A stretch of DNA of 64,000 nt from Octopus sinensis (Eukaryota). The stretch covers positions 58,404,001 through 58,468,000 of the forward strand of contig NC_042997.1 of assembly GCF_006345805.1 (NCBI RefSeq), read 5' to 3'. The notes beneath the pieces were generated by a model. It did no database searches, had not been told where the DNA came from, and was given only the letters and a program-made list of their open reading frames with translations. Made by a program: the position numbers and the translations under genes. Below are positions 13,591-26,832 of this stretch, piece after piece (position 1 is the stretch's first letter; the number at the start of each line of letters is the position of its first letter).

Positions 13591-15038
13591 AAAGAAGGTT
13601 TGAAAATGCAATTTAAAAGATGTTTATTTACTTAACCGGTTTCACTCTTTGGTAAAAGATTGTCAAGGTAACATTGAATATTATGGGTTCAAAAAAGTTT
13701 TTTACATAATTGTCACATTGAATATTATGAATTCAAAAATGTTTTTTTATACATAATTGTCACATTACAGTATAAATATAGTGTTTGGAACAGAGATATG
13801 TTAAGGGCATAAAAAGTTCAATAGTGTGATGAGAATATTTGGAAAAATTGGCAGAAAAGAATAAAACAAATATATTATTGGAAATTTGGTTGCGTTAATT
13901 ATTGGTTGTCGCAAATTGTCACATTACATGTATATATATACAGTCTTTGGTAGAAAGGACATGTTAAAGACATAAGGAAGTGTAATAGTTTGGTGATAAA
14001 GCTTGTAATATTGACAGAGAAAATTAAAATGGATATTTTAGACATCTCAGAATATTTTGAAATGAAGGCGAGAATTTGTTTTTACTGACCTGTTTGTTTT
14101 AGCAGAAAAGTTGAATTGAGAGAAAAAAAGATGTGTACCCAGTTTGGTTTATGGTTCCCCTTCAAGCATCAATGATTTTGGGGTTATCGGGAGGTGAGTA
14201 TGCGGGTGTGAATAGATGTGTCCGTGTGCCTGCTGGTCAGACGGCGTCTGTTTGTCACACACATATATACACACACACACAACACACACACACATAGTAT
14301 ACAAACACACACCACATACACACAACACACACACACAGAACACACACATACACAACGCACCCACATATATAATATACACACACAGCACACAAATATAACA
14401 TGTATTTATATATAATATACACACATATATAACACACATACACACACAAAATCATTGATGCTTGAAGGGGAACCATAAACCAAACTGGGTACACATCTTT
14501 TTTTCTCTCAATTCAACTTTTCTGCTAAAACAAACAGGTCAGTAAAAACAAATTCTCGCCTTCATTTCAAAATATTCTGAGATGTCTAAAATATCCATTT
14601 TAATTTTCTCTGTCAATATTACAAGCTTTATCACCAAACTATTACACTTCCTTATGTCTTTAACATGTCATTTCTACCAAAGACTGTATATATATACATG
14701 TAATGTGACAATTTGCGACAACCAATAATTAACGCAACCAAATTCCAAATATATTTGTTTTATTCTTTTCTGCCAATTTTTCCAAATATTCTCATCACAC
14801 TATTGAACTTTTTTATGCCCTTAACATATCTCTGTTACCAAACACTATATTTATACATGTAATGTGACAATTATGTATAAAAAAACATTTTTGAATTCCT
14901 AATATTCAATGTGACAATTATGTAAAAAACTTTTTTTGAACCCATAATATTCAATGTTACTTTTGACAATCTTTTACTAAAGAGTGAAACCGGTTAAGTA
15001 AATAAACATCTTTTAAATTGCATTTTCAAACCTTCTTT
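13591..15038. repeat. Large inverted repeat (about 590-bp arms, 13591-14180 / 14447-15038) with variant HHR-like motif near the outer ends
   Basis: Arms are near-identical reverse complements. The spacer holds a short unique tract and degenerate (CA)n; (TA)n flanks both sides. Confidence 0.9.
14957..15001 (+). ncRNA. Variant hammerhead-like motif (U3-A8 core)
   Basis: ttactt-TTGACAA-tcttt(tact)aaaga-gt-GAA-ACCGGT-T-aagtaa; mirrored in the left arm at about 13628-13672. Confidence 0.5.
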
Positions 15039-15118
<80 letters not shown>

Positions 15119-15130
15119 ATATATATATAT

Positions 15131-15454
15131 ATCTTTACTTGTTTCAGTCATTTGACTGCGGCCATGCTGGAGCACCGCCTTTAATCGAGCAACTCGACCC
15201 CGACATAAACACACCAGCATCGGTTGTCAAGCAATGCTAGGAGGACAAACACAGACACACAAACACACACACGCACATATATATATATATACACGACGGG
15301 CTTCTTTCAGTTTCCGTCTACAAAATCCACTCACAAGGATTTGGTCGGCCCGAGGCTATAGTAGAAGACACTTGCCCAAGGTGCCACGCAGTGGGACTGA
15401 ACCCGGAACCATGTGGTTGGTAAACAAGCTACTCACCACACAGCCACTCCTGCG

Positions 15455-15502
<48 letters not shown>

Positions 15503-15978
15503 GGGAGGACTTTTTCAAATCTATACTTACAAGTGTTTGTGTATAGACGTGCAAACTCACTTTGTTATCGGTATGTATTAACGCTTGTTCGTATATTATT
15601 ATTGCGCTAAAGATAGAAGAAAATCTATTTCAGATTTTAATCTTGAAATTTGCTAATTCGCAATTAATGTGGAGTCTTTATAAGTATCTTCTCACTAGCC
15701 CGCTTTCAATCGCATGTATTTATGGAGTTTTTTCGGTAGATTCGTAATGTTTGGACATTCAGTATAGAGGAGATAAGTCTCGTTTTGACTTTTTCCCTTA
15801 AAGTAATTATATATATAGTTATCAAGGCAATCAAAAAATGGTATGAAAATGACTGTTAAACAAAACAAAATTACTAAGTAATTGACCGTTATTAAGACAA
15901 AAGAGCTATGAGAATGACAGTTAAATAAGGAGAAAAAACCGAATGGGAGAAGTAAAAAAGTAAAAATGCTCATAGAAA
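15131..15978. repeat. Left arm of a long-range inverted duplication (SINE A + 480-bp HHR-containing segment)
   Basis: Reverse complement of 19673-20553; the ORF track shows near-identical peptides on opposite strands. Confidence 0.9.
15601..15664 (+). ncRNA. Hammerhead motif, probably inactivated copy
   Basis: attgcg-CTAAAGA...GAAA-tttgctaa-TT-cgcaat; G5>A and a broken palindrome relative to the 19987-20050 copy. Confidence 0.6.
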
Positions 15979-16248
15979 GTAACGGGGACATAAACACACC
16001 AGCATCGGTTGTCAAGCAATGCTAGGGGGACAAACACAGACACACAAACATGCACACACACACATATATATATATACATATATACGACGGGCTTCTTTCA
16101 GTTTCCGTCTACCAAATCCACTCACAAGGCTTTGGTCGGCCCGAGGCTATAGTAGAAGACACTTGCCCAAGGTGCCACGCAGTGGGACTGAACCCGGAAC
16201 CATGTGGTTGGTAAACAAGCTACTTACCACACAGCCACTCCTGCGCCT
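15979..16248 (-). mobile_element. SINE family A, truncated copy
   Basis: High similarity to the head and middle of 20177-20565. Confidence 0.85.
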
Positions 16249-16727
16249 ATACATGTTAATAATAACTATAATTTAAAACATCTCGTTAATATCTTTAAAA
16301 ACATGCACAAACGCATTTACTCGTAGAGACATACTCACATACATCCACTTCATTAATAGGTACCAGTCCATATATAAGATTCACAATACTGGAACTAAAC
16401 CACACCTTTTTACACATGCTCACATACATAATTTTCAGTTATCTCCCTGTTGAGCTTGTGTGAATGAAGCTTCTTTCTTTCAGTTACACTTCTGGTCATT
16501 TAACTTCCCATTTTAAACATGACTTGATGCAAAATGATATTTTCCCGTTACTCCTGCTTTCATTTCTTCTTGCACTGTTTTTTTTTACTACTAACTTTTT
16601 GACGAGGAACTTCAACCCGAAGCGTCAAAACACTTTGTTTTTAATCCCGCATTAATCGTCACACTAATAATTACACTTTGTGTTTATGTTCCTCTCAGTT
16701 ATTCTCGCCATTAATTATTTTGAACGC

Positions 16728-16798
<71 letters not shown>

Positions 16799-17096
16799 TA
16801 TATATAAAGTTAAATTTTCTTATAAAGTATGTTTTTAAGTATACTTCACGATATATATAAACTGTATTAAGAAGTTCTCATTACAAACTAAATCGAAAGA
16901 TAAAGGAAATTATAGGAGGAACACATCCAGGCAATCAATACAAATTCCAAAGCATAATTCAAAACACACAACGAAATAAATATACATGTAAATTTATAAA
17001 TCAGTGAACAAAATTACGTGTAAAAGTCATATGTTAAAACTATGCATCATGTATGTTGGGTTCAGGTACCGAATGGAGCAGTGACAAATAGAGATA

Positions 17097-17617
17097 AAAA
17101 TTCGAGGTGAAGGCTTCCAAAAGGAACTGTTTGAATCGATTAAGAATTTGATGTTTATACGAAATGACAGGTGAAAGTTCAAAATTTTAAAATTCAGGGG
17201 TAAATAGGTAAATAAAATAAATATATACAGATTCCGGTGAATTTGGGTAAAGGATATCATCGACGGCAGTTTCAGGGATACAATAAATGTATAAATGGTG
17301 TTTTAAGTATTCCAAATACATAAACATAATGCTCCCCTCATCAGGATGGTTTCCTTCGTGATGAAATCCTACATGGTAATAATTCAATAGATTGTATTTC
17401 TAATACTTAAAACACCATTTATACATTTATTGTATCCCTGAAACGGCCGTAGATGATATCCTTTACTCGAATTCACCGGAATCTGTATATATTTATTTTA
17501 TCTACCTATTTACCCCTGAATTTTTTAAATTTTGAACTCTCATATGTCATTTCGTATAAACATCAAATTCTTTTTCGATTCGAACAGTTCCTTTTGGGAG
17601 CCTTCACCTCGAATTTT
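17097..17617. mobile_element. PLE-type inverted-repeat cassette (arms 17097-17311 / 17402-17617)
   Basis: About 215-bp reverse-complement arms. The right arm begins inside the HHR stem II loop and ends at (TA)n(GT)n. Confidence 0.85.
17258..17348 (-). ncRNA. Type I hammerhead ribozyme
   Basis: catc-CTGATGA-gggga(long loop)tccct-GAAA-ctgccg-TC-gatg; the opposite arm carries the perfect palindrome GAA-ACGGCCGT-A. Confidence 0.85.
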
Positions 17618-17619
17618 AC

Positions 17620-17682
<63 letters not shown>

Positions 17683-18661
17683 GTGTGTGTGTGTGTGTGT
17701 GGTGTGTTGTGGTAGCTATATATACGTCAATATATTATGCATGTGTGTGTCTAATAGTGCGTTTGTTGCTGCCTGAGAGTGAGAACGCTGTTTATATCCA
17801 TTTGCGTGTCTATCAGAGATGAGATGCATCTAAATTGACGATAATTCTCAAAGTAATTCCCTCGCGTGTTCTGGTAATTCCAACGTTTTCAGGTAACGTT
17901 TATACTTATATTAAATAAAGAAATGCTATGTACGTCTGCTTTTTCAAATTTAGAAAGATTATTGACTCGTAATATACAAAAAGTGAAAGCAAACTGCGTA
18001 GTAGTTGTAACATTGAACACACACGCGCGCGCACACCCACACACACCCACGCACACAGATCATTGGTTCCATGGAGACGTAGCTTATTTAAGTTCATTAT
18101 TCTATATTCACGGTTCAAGTATTCAAATATATAACTAAGACACGAACGAACATGCGATCGACTTGCTTGAAATATCAAACCATCTCTCTCTCAAATTATC
18201 CTCCACCTTATCTTAAAAATAAAAAAATGTGGTGGGTGTCACATTGAATGATGTAGTCTTAGAAAAACTACGCCTGAAAAATGATAGGGTCGTCACGTTT
18301 GGAATAACACTTTGACTAAAGGCTTGTTTTGAGTTGACTTGAAGCTAACCACCACCACCACCACCATAATCATTATCATCATCATCTTCATCAATAATAA
18401 CAACATATAAGAAGGTTAGGATAAAATAAAAACATTTTAAAAGAGCTGAATAAAAATGTGACACTCATTGAGCACTGGTTAGATTCGGCAGAGCGACTGG
18501 GAAAAGAAAATGCTTTGCGATATTTAGATGCATCGCTTTACGTTCTGAGATCAAATTCTGCCAGTGTCATCTTACCTTTTGTCTCTCTGCGGTAAATGAA
18601 ACAATAACCTGAAAATATAGTAAGTCGATATAATCGACTATATATTCTGTTCAATATTTAG

Positions 18662-19062
18662 GGTGAGAACCTGGCAGAATTGTTAGCACGCCAGGCAAAA
18701 TGCTTAGCGGTATTTCGTCGGCCGCTACGTTCTGAGTTCAAATTCCGCCGAGGTCGACTTTGCCTTTCATCCTTTCGGGGTCCATTAAATAAGTGCCAGT
18801 TACGCACTGGGGTCGATATAATCGACTTAATCCGTTTGTCTGTCCTTGTTTGTCCCTTCTGTGTTTAGCTTCTTGTAGGTAGTAAAAAAAATAGGTATTT
18901 CGTCTATCGGCTACGTTCTGAGTTCAAATTCCACCGAGGTCGATTCTGCTTTTCATTCTTTCGGGATTGATATGATAAGTAACAGTTGAGCACCAGAGTG
19001 GATTTAATCGACTTACACCCTTCCCCGAAACTGCTGGCCTTGTGCCAAAATTTGAAACTAAT
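18662..19062 (+). mobile_element. SINE family B, tandem body
   Basis: Family B head followed by two GAGTTCAAATTCC..GAGGTCGA..GCTTTCAT bodies. Confidence 0.8.
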
Positions 19063-19176
19063 ATATGTGATCTTGTATCTATGTCAGAAATTAATACCAA
19101 CAAAACCTGTTCGAGGGCTACCTTTACTACATGTCCATTATTTTCATCCTCCGGCTGTACTAAAGACACTAGTATT

Positions 19177-19209
<33 letters not shown>

Positions 19210-19672
19210 TTCAAATGCAAACACAACAGGTCTGATATAATTGTTTCGGGTGGTAAAGAAAAATTATGAACGTCCCAGTTCCGACCATAAGTTTATAAGT
19301 GACCTGTCCACCGAATTACCAGATTCATTGAATTAGTGTCTAAATGTACTCTAAGTCCAGTCAATGTGACACAGTGTAACAATTTTCAAGTACAATCCAT
19401 CAGACGGTCTTCCATACAGTTTCCATCTGGCCAAGTTCAATCAACAAGGTATGGGTCATATGGAGGTAATAACGCAGTTTCTAACAAATAAAAACAGCCC
19501 CAATAATTATTTTTAACTATCACGACGTATTTACATTAAGTATGATACATAAATGGATATTTTAATACATACATTTATACATACATACATACATACATAT
19601 AATATATATATATATATATAATATATATATATATGTATATTCATAAAATAAGGATAAAAATCACATTAATGA

Positions 19673-20338
19673 TTTCTATGAGCATTTTTACTTTTTTACT
19701 TCTCCCATTCGGTTTTTTCTCCTTATTTAACTGTCATTCTCATAGCTCTTTTGTCTTAATAACGGTCAATTACTTAGTAATTTCGTTTTGTTTAACAGTC
19801 ATTTTCATACCATTTTTTGATTGCCTTGATAACTATATATATAATTACTTTAAGGGAAAAAGTCAAAACAAGACTTATCTCCTCTATACTGAATGTCCAA
19901 ACATTACGAATCTACCGAAAAAACTCCATAAATACATGCGATTGAAAGCGGGCTAGTGAGAAGATACTTATAAAGACTCCACATTAATTGCGAATTAGCT
20001 AATTTCAAGATTAAAATCTGAAATAGATTTTCTTCTATCTTCAGCGCAATAATAATATACGAACAAGCGTTAATACATACCGATAACAAAGCGAGTTTGC
20101 ACGTCTATACACAAACATTTGTAAGTATAGATTTGAAAAAGTCCTCCCTTAATATATATATATATATATATATATAGGCGCAGGAGTGGCTGTGTGGTAA
20201 GTAGCTTGTTTACCAACCACATGGTTCCGGGTTCAATCCCACTGCGTGGTACCTTGGGCAAGTGTCTTCTACTATAGCCTCGGGCCGACCAAATCCTTGT
20301 GAGTGGATTTTGTAGACGGAAACTGAAAGAAGCCCGTC

Positions 20339-20377
<39 letters not shown>

Positions 20378-20553
20378 TGTGTGTGTTTGTGTGTCTGTGT
20401 TTGTCCCCCTAGCATTGCTTGACAACCGATGCTGCTGTGTTTATGTCCCCGTTACTTAGCGGTTCGGCAAAAAGAATAAGTCCCGGGGTCGAGTTGCTCG
20501 ATTAAAGGCGGTGCTCCAGCATGGCCGCAGTCAAATGACTGAAACAAGTAAAA
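19673..20553. repeat. Right arm of the long-range inverted duplication
   Basis: Reverse complement of 15131-15978. Confidence 0.9.
19987..20050 (-). ncRNA. Type I hammerhead ribozyme
   Basis: attgcg-CTGAAGA-t-aga..aaaatct(atttc)agatttt..tct-t-GAA-ATTAGCTAAT-T-cgcaat: 6-bp stem I, palindromic stem III, AUU triplet. Confidence 0.8.
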
Positions 20554-20565
20554 GAGTAAAAGAGT
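20177..20565 (+). mobile_element. SINE family A, full-length young copy
   Basis: Pol III A box-like TGGCTGTGTGG and B box GGTTCAATCCC, CORE-like CCTTGGGCAAGTG, internal (TA)n, (GTAAAAGA)n tail. Confidence 0.85.
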
Positions 20566-21465
20566 ATATATATATATATAAATGTATGTATGTATGCATG
20601 TATATATGCATGTATGTATGTATGTATGTATGTATGTATGTATGTATGTATGTATGTATGTATGTATGTATGTATGTATGCTAAATTTAGATAACAGCAA
20701 TGGCGTGGAGTTACACGGTAAACTCTTGAATAGTTTTCCACATTTTAAAAACTTTTCCGCTTACAGATTGTATCTGCTAAATACTTGTTGGCTGGTTATG
20801 TTGTTTGCTTGTAAACCCCAGCTTTCTGAGACTGTTCCGCACACAATTACTAACCTAATCAATTGTACTGATAATTATAGGCATAAAATTGCGTATATAA
20901 TCGGGTAGACAACCTGAAGATCACAGGTATAACTGGGTATAAATTTTCTTTACCACCCGAAACAATTATATTGGGCGTGTTTTGTCCGCATTTGTCGGAT
21001 GTTGTGGTGACAGTGTTCTACAAATATTTCTTATATTGAAACGCATGAATGTACTCGAGAACAAAAGTAGTTTTGTATATACCCAAAGGCAGTTTGCAAA
21101 CGAATAGCATTGTATATTGTCTGATCAAGACATGTTGCTTTTCTAGAAAGTAGTACCGTAAGGATTTATTATAAATGATAATAGATTGTTACGCATGTTC
21201 TCTTCTGGTTTTAATTATTCGAAGGAACTGGTTTCTAAAACAGATACAAAGCTCTATCGATGCAATGTAGATAACAAAAGAAAATTTACATTTTGAACTT
21301 GGGGCTTGCATATTTTTACTGTATCACTTACAAATTGCATTTGTAATGTGTGTGTTTGATGGTTGCTTTCTTTTTTCTGAAAACCTCAGCTTCTCTAGAT
21401 TGTCACTAAGGCATTTACTCACAAAACTAAATGCACAAATTATTAATGGTATACATGTGAATGAT

Positions 21466-21997
21466 CGGCGTGCTGGCAGAATCGTTAGCACGCCGGGCGA
21501 AATGCTTAGCAGTATTTCATCTGCCGCTACGTTCTGAGTTCAAATTCCGCCGAGGTCGACTTTGCCTTTCATCCTTTCGGGGTCGATTAAATAAGTACCA
21601 GTTACGCACTTGGGTCGATATAATCGACTTAATCCGTTTGACCGTCCTTGTTTATCCTCTCTGTGTTTAGCCCCTAGTGGGTAGTCAAGAAATAGGCATA
21701 CATGCGAACTTATAATCTGGCCATAGCAGCTGAAGGTTTCGAAGCAGTTGGCCGTATTTCGTCTGCCGCTACGTTCTAAGTTCAAATTCCGCCGAGGTCG
21801 ACTTTGCCTTTTATCCTTTCGGGGTCGATTAAATAAGTACCAGTTACGCACTTGGGTCGATATAATCGACTTAATCCGTTTGTCTGTCCTTGTTTATCCT
21901 CTCTGTGTTTAGCCCCTAGTAGGTAGTAAAGAAATAGGCATACATGCGAACTTATAATCTGGCCAAAGCAGCTGAAGGTTTCGAAGCAGTTGGCCGT
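21466..21997 (+). mobile_element. SINE family B with a 241-bp tandem duplication that includes 3' flank
   Basis: GAAATAGGCATACATGCGAACTTATAATCTGG at 21690 and 21931, each preceded by the same SINE body. Confidence 0.85.
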
Positions 21998-22210
21998 AGT
22001 TATCCATTGACATCAGCAGGGCAGCTGATCTCTCTGATGGTACATAATTTTTCTTGTCTGCCCCAAACAACGATATCCGATCCGCTATGTTTGCACATCG
22101 TAGATTTGATAGGAATGTTTCACCAATATTCTTGTGTATATTGATGCTTATATAGTGCATGCATTGATTAACAGGGATGTTCTGGGTATGTATTTGCTTG
22201 TGTGCGTGTA

Positions 22211-22245
<35 letters not shown>

Positions 22246-22250
22246 GTGTA

Positions 22251-22310
<60 letters not shown>

Positions 22311-23155
22311 CGCGTACTAAAAAATTTGAAAAGATTTTCCAGCGAATTTTTCGCATCCACAATTCTTAGATTGATTTCGTAGACAGAGACATAAACAGCT
22401 CTCATATGAAAGACAAGCAGATAGCTTTCTATATGTTAGCAACACTGGACAATACAAACAGTGAAATATTAAAAAGCAAAACCTCGTATTTCTATGGAAG
22501 AACGGTCAGCGACGTTTAAGAGCCACCTGTGAATGACAAATTGAACCGTGAGCAATTTATTAATGACAGTTGGACAATAGAGAATTCTTCGAGGATTGCT
22601 ATGCCAAAGTATAGAACAACATTTTCGAAATTACGTTTTCGAATTTTCAAATAAACTCCTATTTAATAATAACATTGAAGGAGTTGTTCGTTAAGACTGT
22701 AAATTAAACAGTAGAACAATTTAAATTGATTTATAATTCTCTCCTTATTGGATAACATTGTTCATAGCATTCTTATTTGAATCGAAAGTAATAAAAATGA
22801 TAAATCATTTATATTTTTTACTACTATAATGTCTATAAAACAGAAGTGGAAAGTGGAAAATAAATAGCAGAGTTAAAATTGAGATGATAAATGAGAAATA
22901 TGTTGTTTATACTTTGGCTAGCTCTGAACAAGGTGATCTGAACTTAGTGTATCTCAGAATGCATTTTATAATGTCATTTCTTTTCTTCAAGACGGCAGGA
23001 TTTAATTTGACGGCTGGATGTAACTTGTAGGTTCAGTGACTCCGTAGAGAGATATTCTCATTTGCTCGCAACGAAGAATATAGCAGAGATGTGTGCGTCT
23101 ACCAAATCTAGTTAATTGATTTGCAAAGGTTTCATATAAGTTTTTAGTGGAAGTA

Positions 23156-23372
23156 CGAGGGGATGCTGAAACATTCCAGGCTTTGAATAAACGAAAATAC
23201 AGGAGGATCATTTAATTACGATTTTATTCAACATATTCTCCTCTCAAATTCACTCACTTATTGCAGCGGTCCTTCAGTTTTTCTAAGCCCTGTAAAAGAA
23301 CTCGGAAGGTTGGGCCTCCACCCAGGCCTTTCACGATACCTTTAAAACCAGCTACTTTTCAACATCCCCTCA
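23156..23372 (-). mobile_element. Mariner-derived MITE (217 bp)
   Basis: TA|CGAGGGGATGCTGAAA...TTTCAACATCCCCTCA|TA; the minus strand retains the transposase C-terminus LQGLEKLKDRCNK*VNLRGEYVE*. Confidence 0.85.
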
Positions 23373-23610
23373 TATGTAGCAGAGGTGGTACTAGTGGTGT
23401 AGTCAGTGATTGCTTTAGTGATTTTGTTAATAAGGTTGACAGAGTACAGTAAATATATTGGTAGATGTGATGTGGTGTTGGGTTTGTGATAGGTACATAC
23501 ACACATAAATATATGTGTGCATGTGTGTGTTGTGTGCGTATGTGTATATGTATGTATGCATGTATGCATGTATGTTGGGGAAATTTATATGGTGTAGGGT
23601 GTATGATGTA

Positions 23611-23680
<70 letters not shown>

Positions 23681-25404
23681 CGGTTTAACAAAGTAACCAA
23701 TGGTTTCATATGCAGTATTAGACGAAAATAGTCATTCATGTATCATACTTAATATAAATATGACGTGTTTGGCCAAAATTTACAGCAGCATTCGCCCAGG
23801 ATAATATCGCCTATGCTCGTACTGTGTTTAAAACCACAATATGTATATATGGGAGCGAGATGGAACTTGCTCTAGCTGCCATGAGGGAGGTTTGTACTGA
23901 AAGTAATGCAAAACTGGGTATAACTTTTTTATTAACTGACATCTTTCGAAAGAAGATCAAATTGAAATACGCGCTCGTACACATACACAGAAAATTGTTA
24001 TAGTACGGACAAATCATGTAGCCAAACATTTTTTGGCCTATTATTTTCTTGCGCATTATATAAGCTTTAGGCTTTAAAGGATCTCAATTAATTCTTCCAA
24101 GAAACCTTGCGAAATTACTAAGACAGGCGAAATAAGTGTGCATGAAGTTGTGCCGAATTTATAATTAAGAAAGATGTGCTCTTTGAAGTAAATAATAAGT
24201 ACAAAAAAACAAACAAAACAAACGAAATGTATGTGTGTGTGTTTCCCTGTGTGCACGTATATGTGTGCATGCGTGTGTGTGTGTGTTTCCCTGTGTGAAT
24301 GTGTATGTGTGTATATGTGTGAGCGTATTTGTGTGCTGTGGAGAACTGGAGAAAAAAGTGAGAAGCCTTGTTCAGGTGAATGTGAGACATTGTGTCTTGT
24401 TCAGAGAATAATCAATATCATATCTGGGTAGAGTAAGGCGGAGTATGGGTTGTAGTTATCATGAATCGAGTCTTCAAGCTAATCTCAATTTTCCGTTGAA
24501 GTAAATTTTCACTGCGAAAGTTTTTCAGTGAACGTATCAATTCCACATTATTTCTCTTTGTCTTCCTTTCTTTTTTTAAATATAGAATCTATTACAAGTT
24601 ACACGAAACGATATTATGCAGCTGCACAAAACAGCTCTCATAAAATAGGTGAATATGGCCGTTTATGTAACTTAGTCTCGCTTCTTATAATCCTTAAATT
24701 TTGATTCTTGTTAGTGTGTGGTGTATTTTTGCACAAGCTCGCTTCATATTAAGCATTCGGTTGTCATTTATCATCATCTATAAATAACAAAAAGACTGTT
24801 CTTTAAGAGTTTGTGCTTTAATATTCATTATTTAAAACTGGCGACACATGCACGCTTAACAGTAGTTTTTGTCTAAGATGAAATATTAAGTACAGTATCG
24901 AATATCTTCTTCAACATGACTACTGAATGAAAATAAAAACAATGTTTCTTGTCATTCAAGTTTTGTAGCGGTTTAGTAAGATTGCAATCAAGCTGTATTA
25001 ATAAATTTTAATATTTCTGGCGTTCATAATATTCACAGGCGTCATGAGAATTTATAAATTTTCGAGAGAACATGAAGTAGTTTATTTTTCGAAGCATGTA
25101 GGGCTATAAATAATATAATGTAAATATTATGTTGAAAACCTCTTTTGGACAGAAAAATAGTCGGAGGCTGCGATGGGGAGATAAACTCACATCTCCTCGG
25201 ATGGATATGGCAGATGTTCTACTATTGGACCAAAGTAAACCTTCGAATTTCCCTATCAATTTTAGAAACTTTATTTTCAACTTTTTCTTAAGATTATCTG
25301 TACAGATTTTCTATAGACATTATAGCTAGCAATGATTTGTTACGTCGTTTCGTATCCGAATACGTCTAATGTAAACAAAGCAATTGCAGATGGAAAAATA
25401 ATTA

Positions 25405-25456
25405 ATGTGTGTATATACATATTTCAGGAGTTCTTGCTCCTTCTTCAGCACTACAT
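25405..25456 (-). ncRNA. Minimal type I hammerhead ribozyme (solo)
   Basis: atgtagtg-CTGAAGA-aggag(caagaa)ctcct-GAAA-tatgta-TA-tacacacat; perfect 5-bp stem II. Confidence 0.75.
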
Positions 25457-25974
25457 CCAATCTATTAACCACCTACGAACTCATTGCTTAAATAGCTATT
25501 AAGTAAAGCGACGTAACGTTATTGGATATCCCAATTTTACATATTAAACACATTCCTAGCAGTTGGTACGTAAATATTAATTACTTGTAGAGATACTGTA
25601 TTTCTCTATGCAATCATAACATATTTCTAAGTATATTAAACGCTTTAAAAACCTGTAGAGATAGCTTTTAAAAAAGGTGATTTAACAACACTGCTAACAC
25701 GGTAGGACACACTGTGTTAAATATACTAATATACTAATACTAAGCGTTTAATATACTAATAACCGTAATATACTAGTATATTATGATTTCATAACTAAAA
25801 CCAGTATCCTTACCAACGAGAATTAAATGTTGTTGACGTCATAAGAATTCATAAGAATAATTTCACGTTCGATATTTACATAATACATTGAATGTATTGG
25901 GTTGACAAATCCAGAGAAGTTCTGGTTCGGGTCCCACGAGTAACCTTCGAGTTTTTATATATATATATATATAT

Positions 25975-26832
25975 AAACTTACTTGGAGGAAACAAAACGA
26001 CGCGAGGGCGCTCAGTCATACAATAGTGTAATAAATAAAATATATGCATACATACATACATACATACATATATGTACGTACCTACATCTACATGTATATA
26101 TACATGCATATATAAATATATATACGTGAGTACAGGACACCACAAATAGACGTAGAACTCAACGAGAAACGAAAACGTAAAAACAAACATGGAAACGGAC
26201 ATTTTTTTTAACAACGAAAAAACAGAGTACAAGACAAACAACACAAGAAAATTCCCCTTCATCAGCTGTCCCTAGTACGACTCCATGCGTGTTTCGAAGG
26301 TGAGGACAGAACACGACTCATCGAACTAGCCCTTCCTGCGAAAGAATTAAATAAAATTCCTTCGCAGAGGGGTAAAAACAAGGAAAGAAAAAATGTGACA
26401 AAAACAGGACGTAAAAACGATACAAATAAAATTACAAAATAAAGTACAAAATAAAATACAAAATAAAAATACAATTACAAAAAAATACACTACAAGAAAT
26501 AAAAACAAACAAGAAGACAAACAATGAGGGCCTTTTTTGGCCTAGACGAGGAAAGATTCTTAAGAGCGCAGGAAGAAAGCGTGTTCACTGTTAGGAGGCC
26601 GCAAGCGAAAGGAAGTGGTCGCCCAGCTGTGAGAGAGATGAGGAGGAGTGAGAGAGAGATAGATAGAGGAAGACAAGGAAGGAAGGGAAGGTCAAGTAAA
26701 GGGTTATAGAGTTTCGCGTCATAATTATATATAAAAACTTACTTGGAGGAAACGAAACGACACGAGGGCGCTCAGTCATACAATACTGTAATAAATAAAA
26801 TATATGCATACATACATACATACATACATATA

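Noticed and set aside
15234-16276. Recurrent peptides such as ARGYSRRHLPKVPRSGTEPG and MRNWYLIYRPRKDERQS
   Set aside because: Translations of SINE A and SINE B, not genes.
16596-16630. TTGACGAGG..CCCGAAGCGTC minimal HHR-like motif
   Set aside because: Two core mismatches and only weak stems; possibly a decayed remnant but not supportable.
20177-20255. tRNA gene
   Set aside because: The A/B boxes belong to a SINE head; no cloverleaf.
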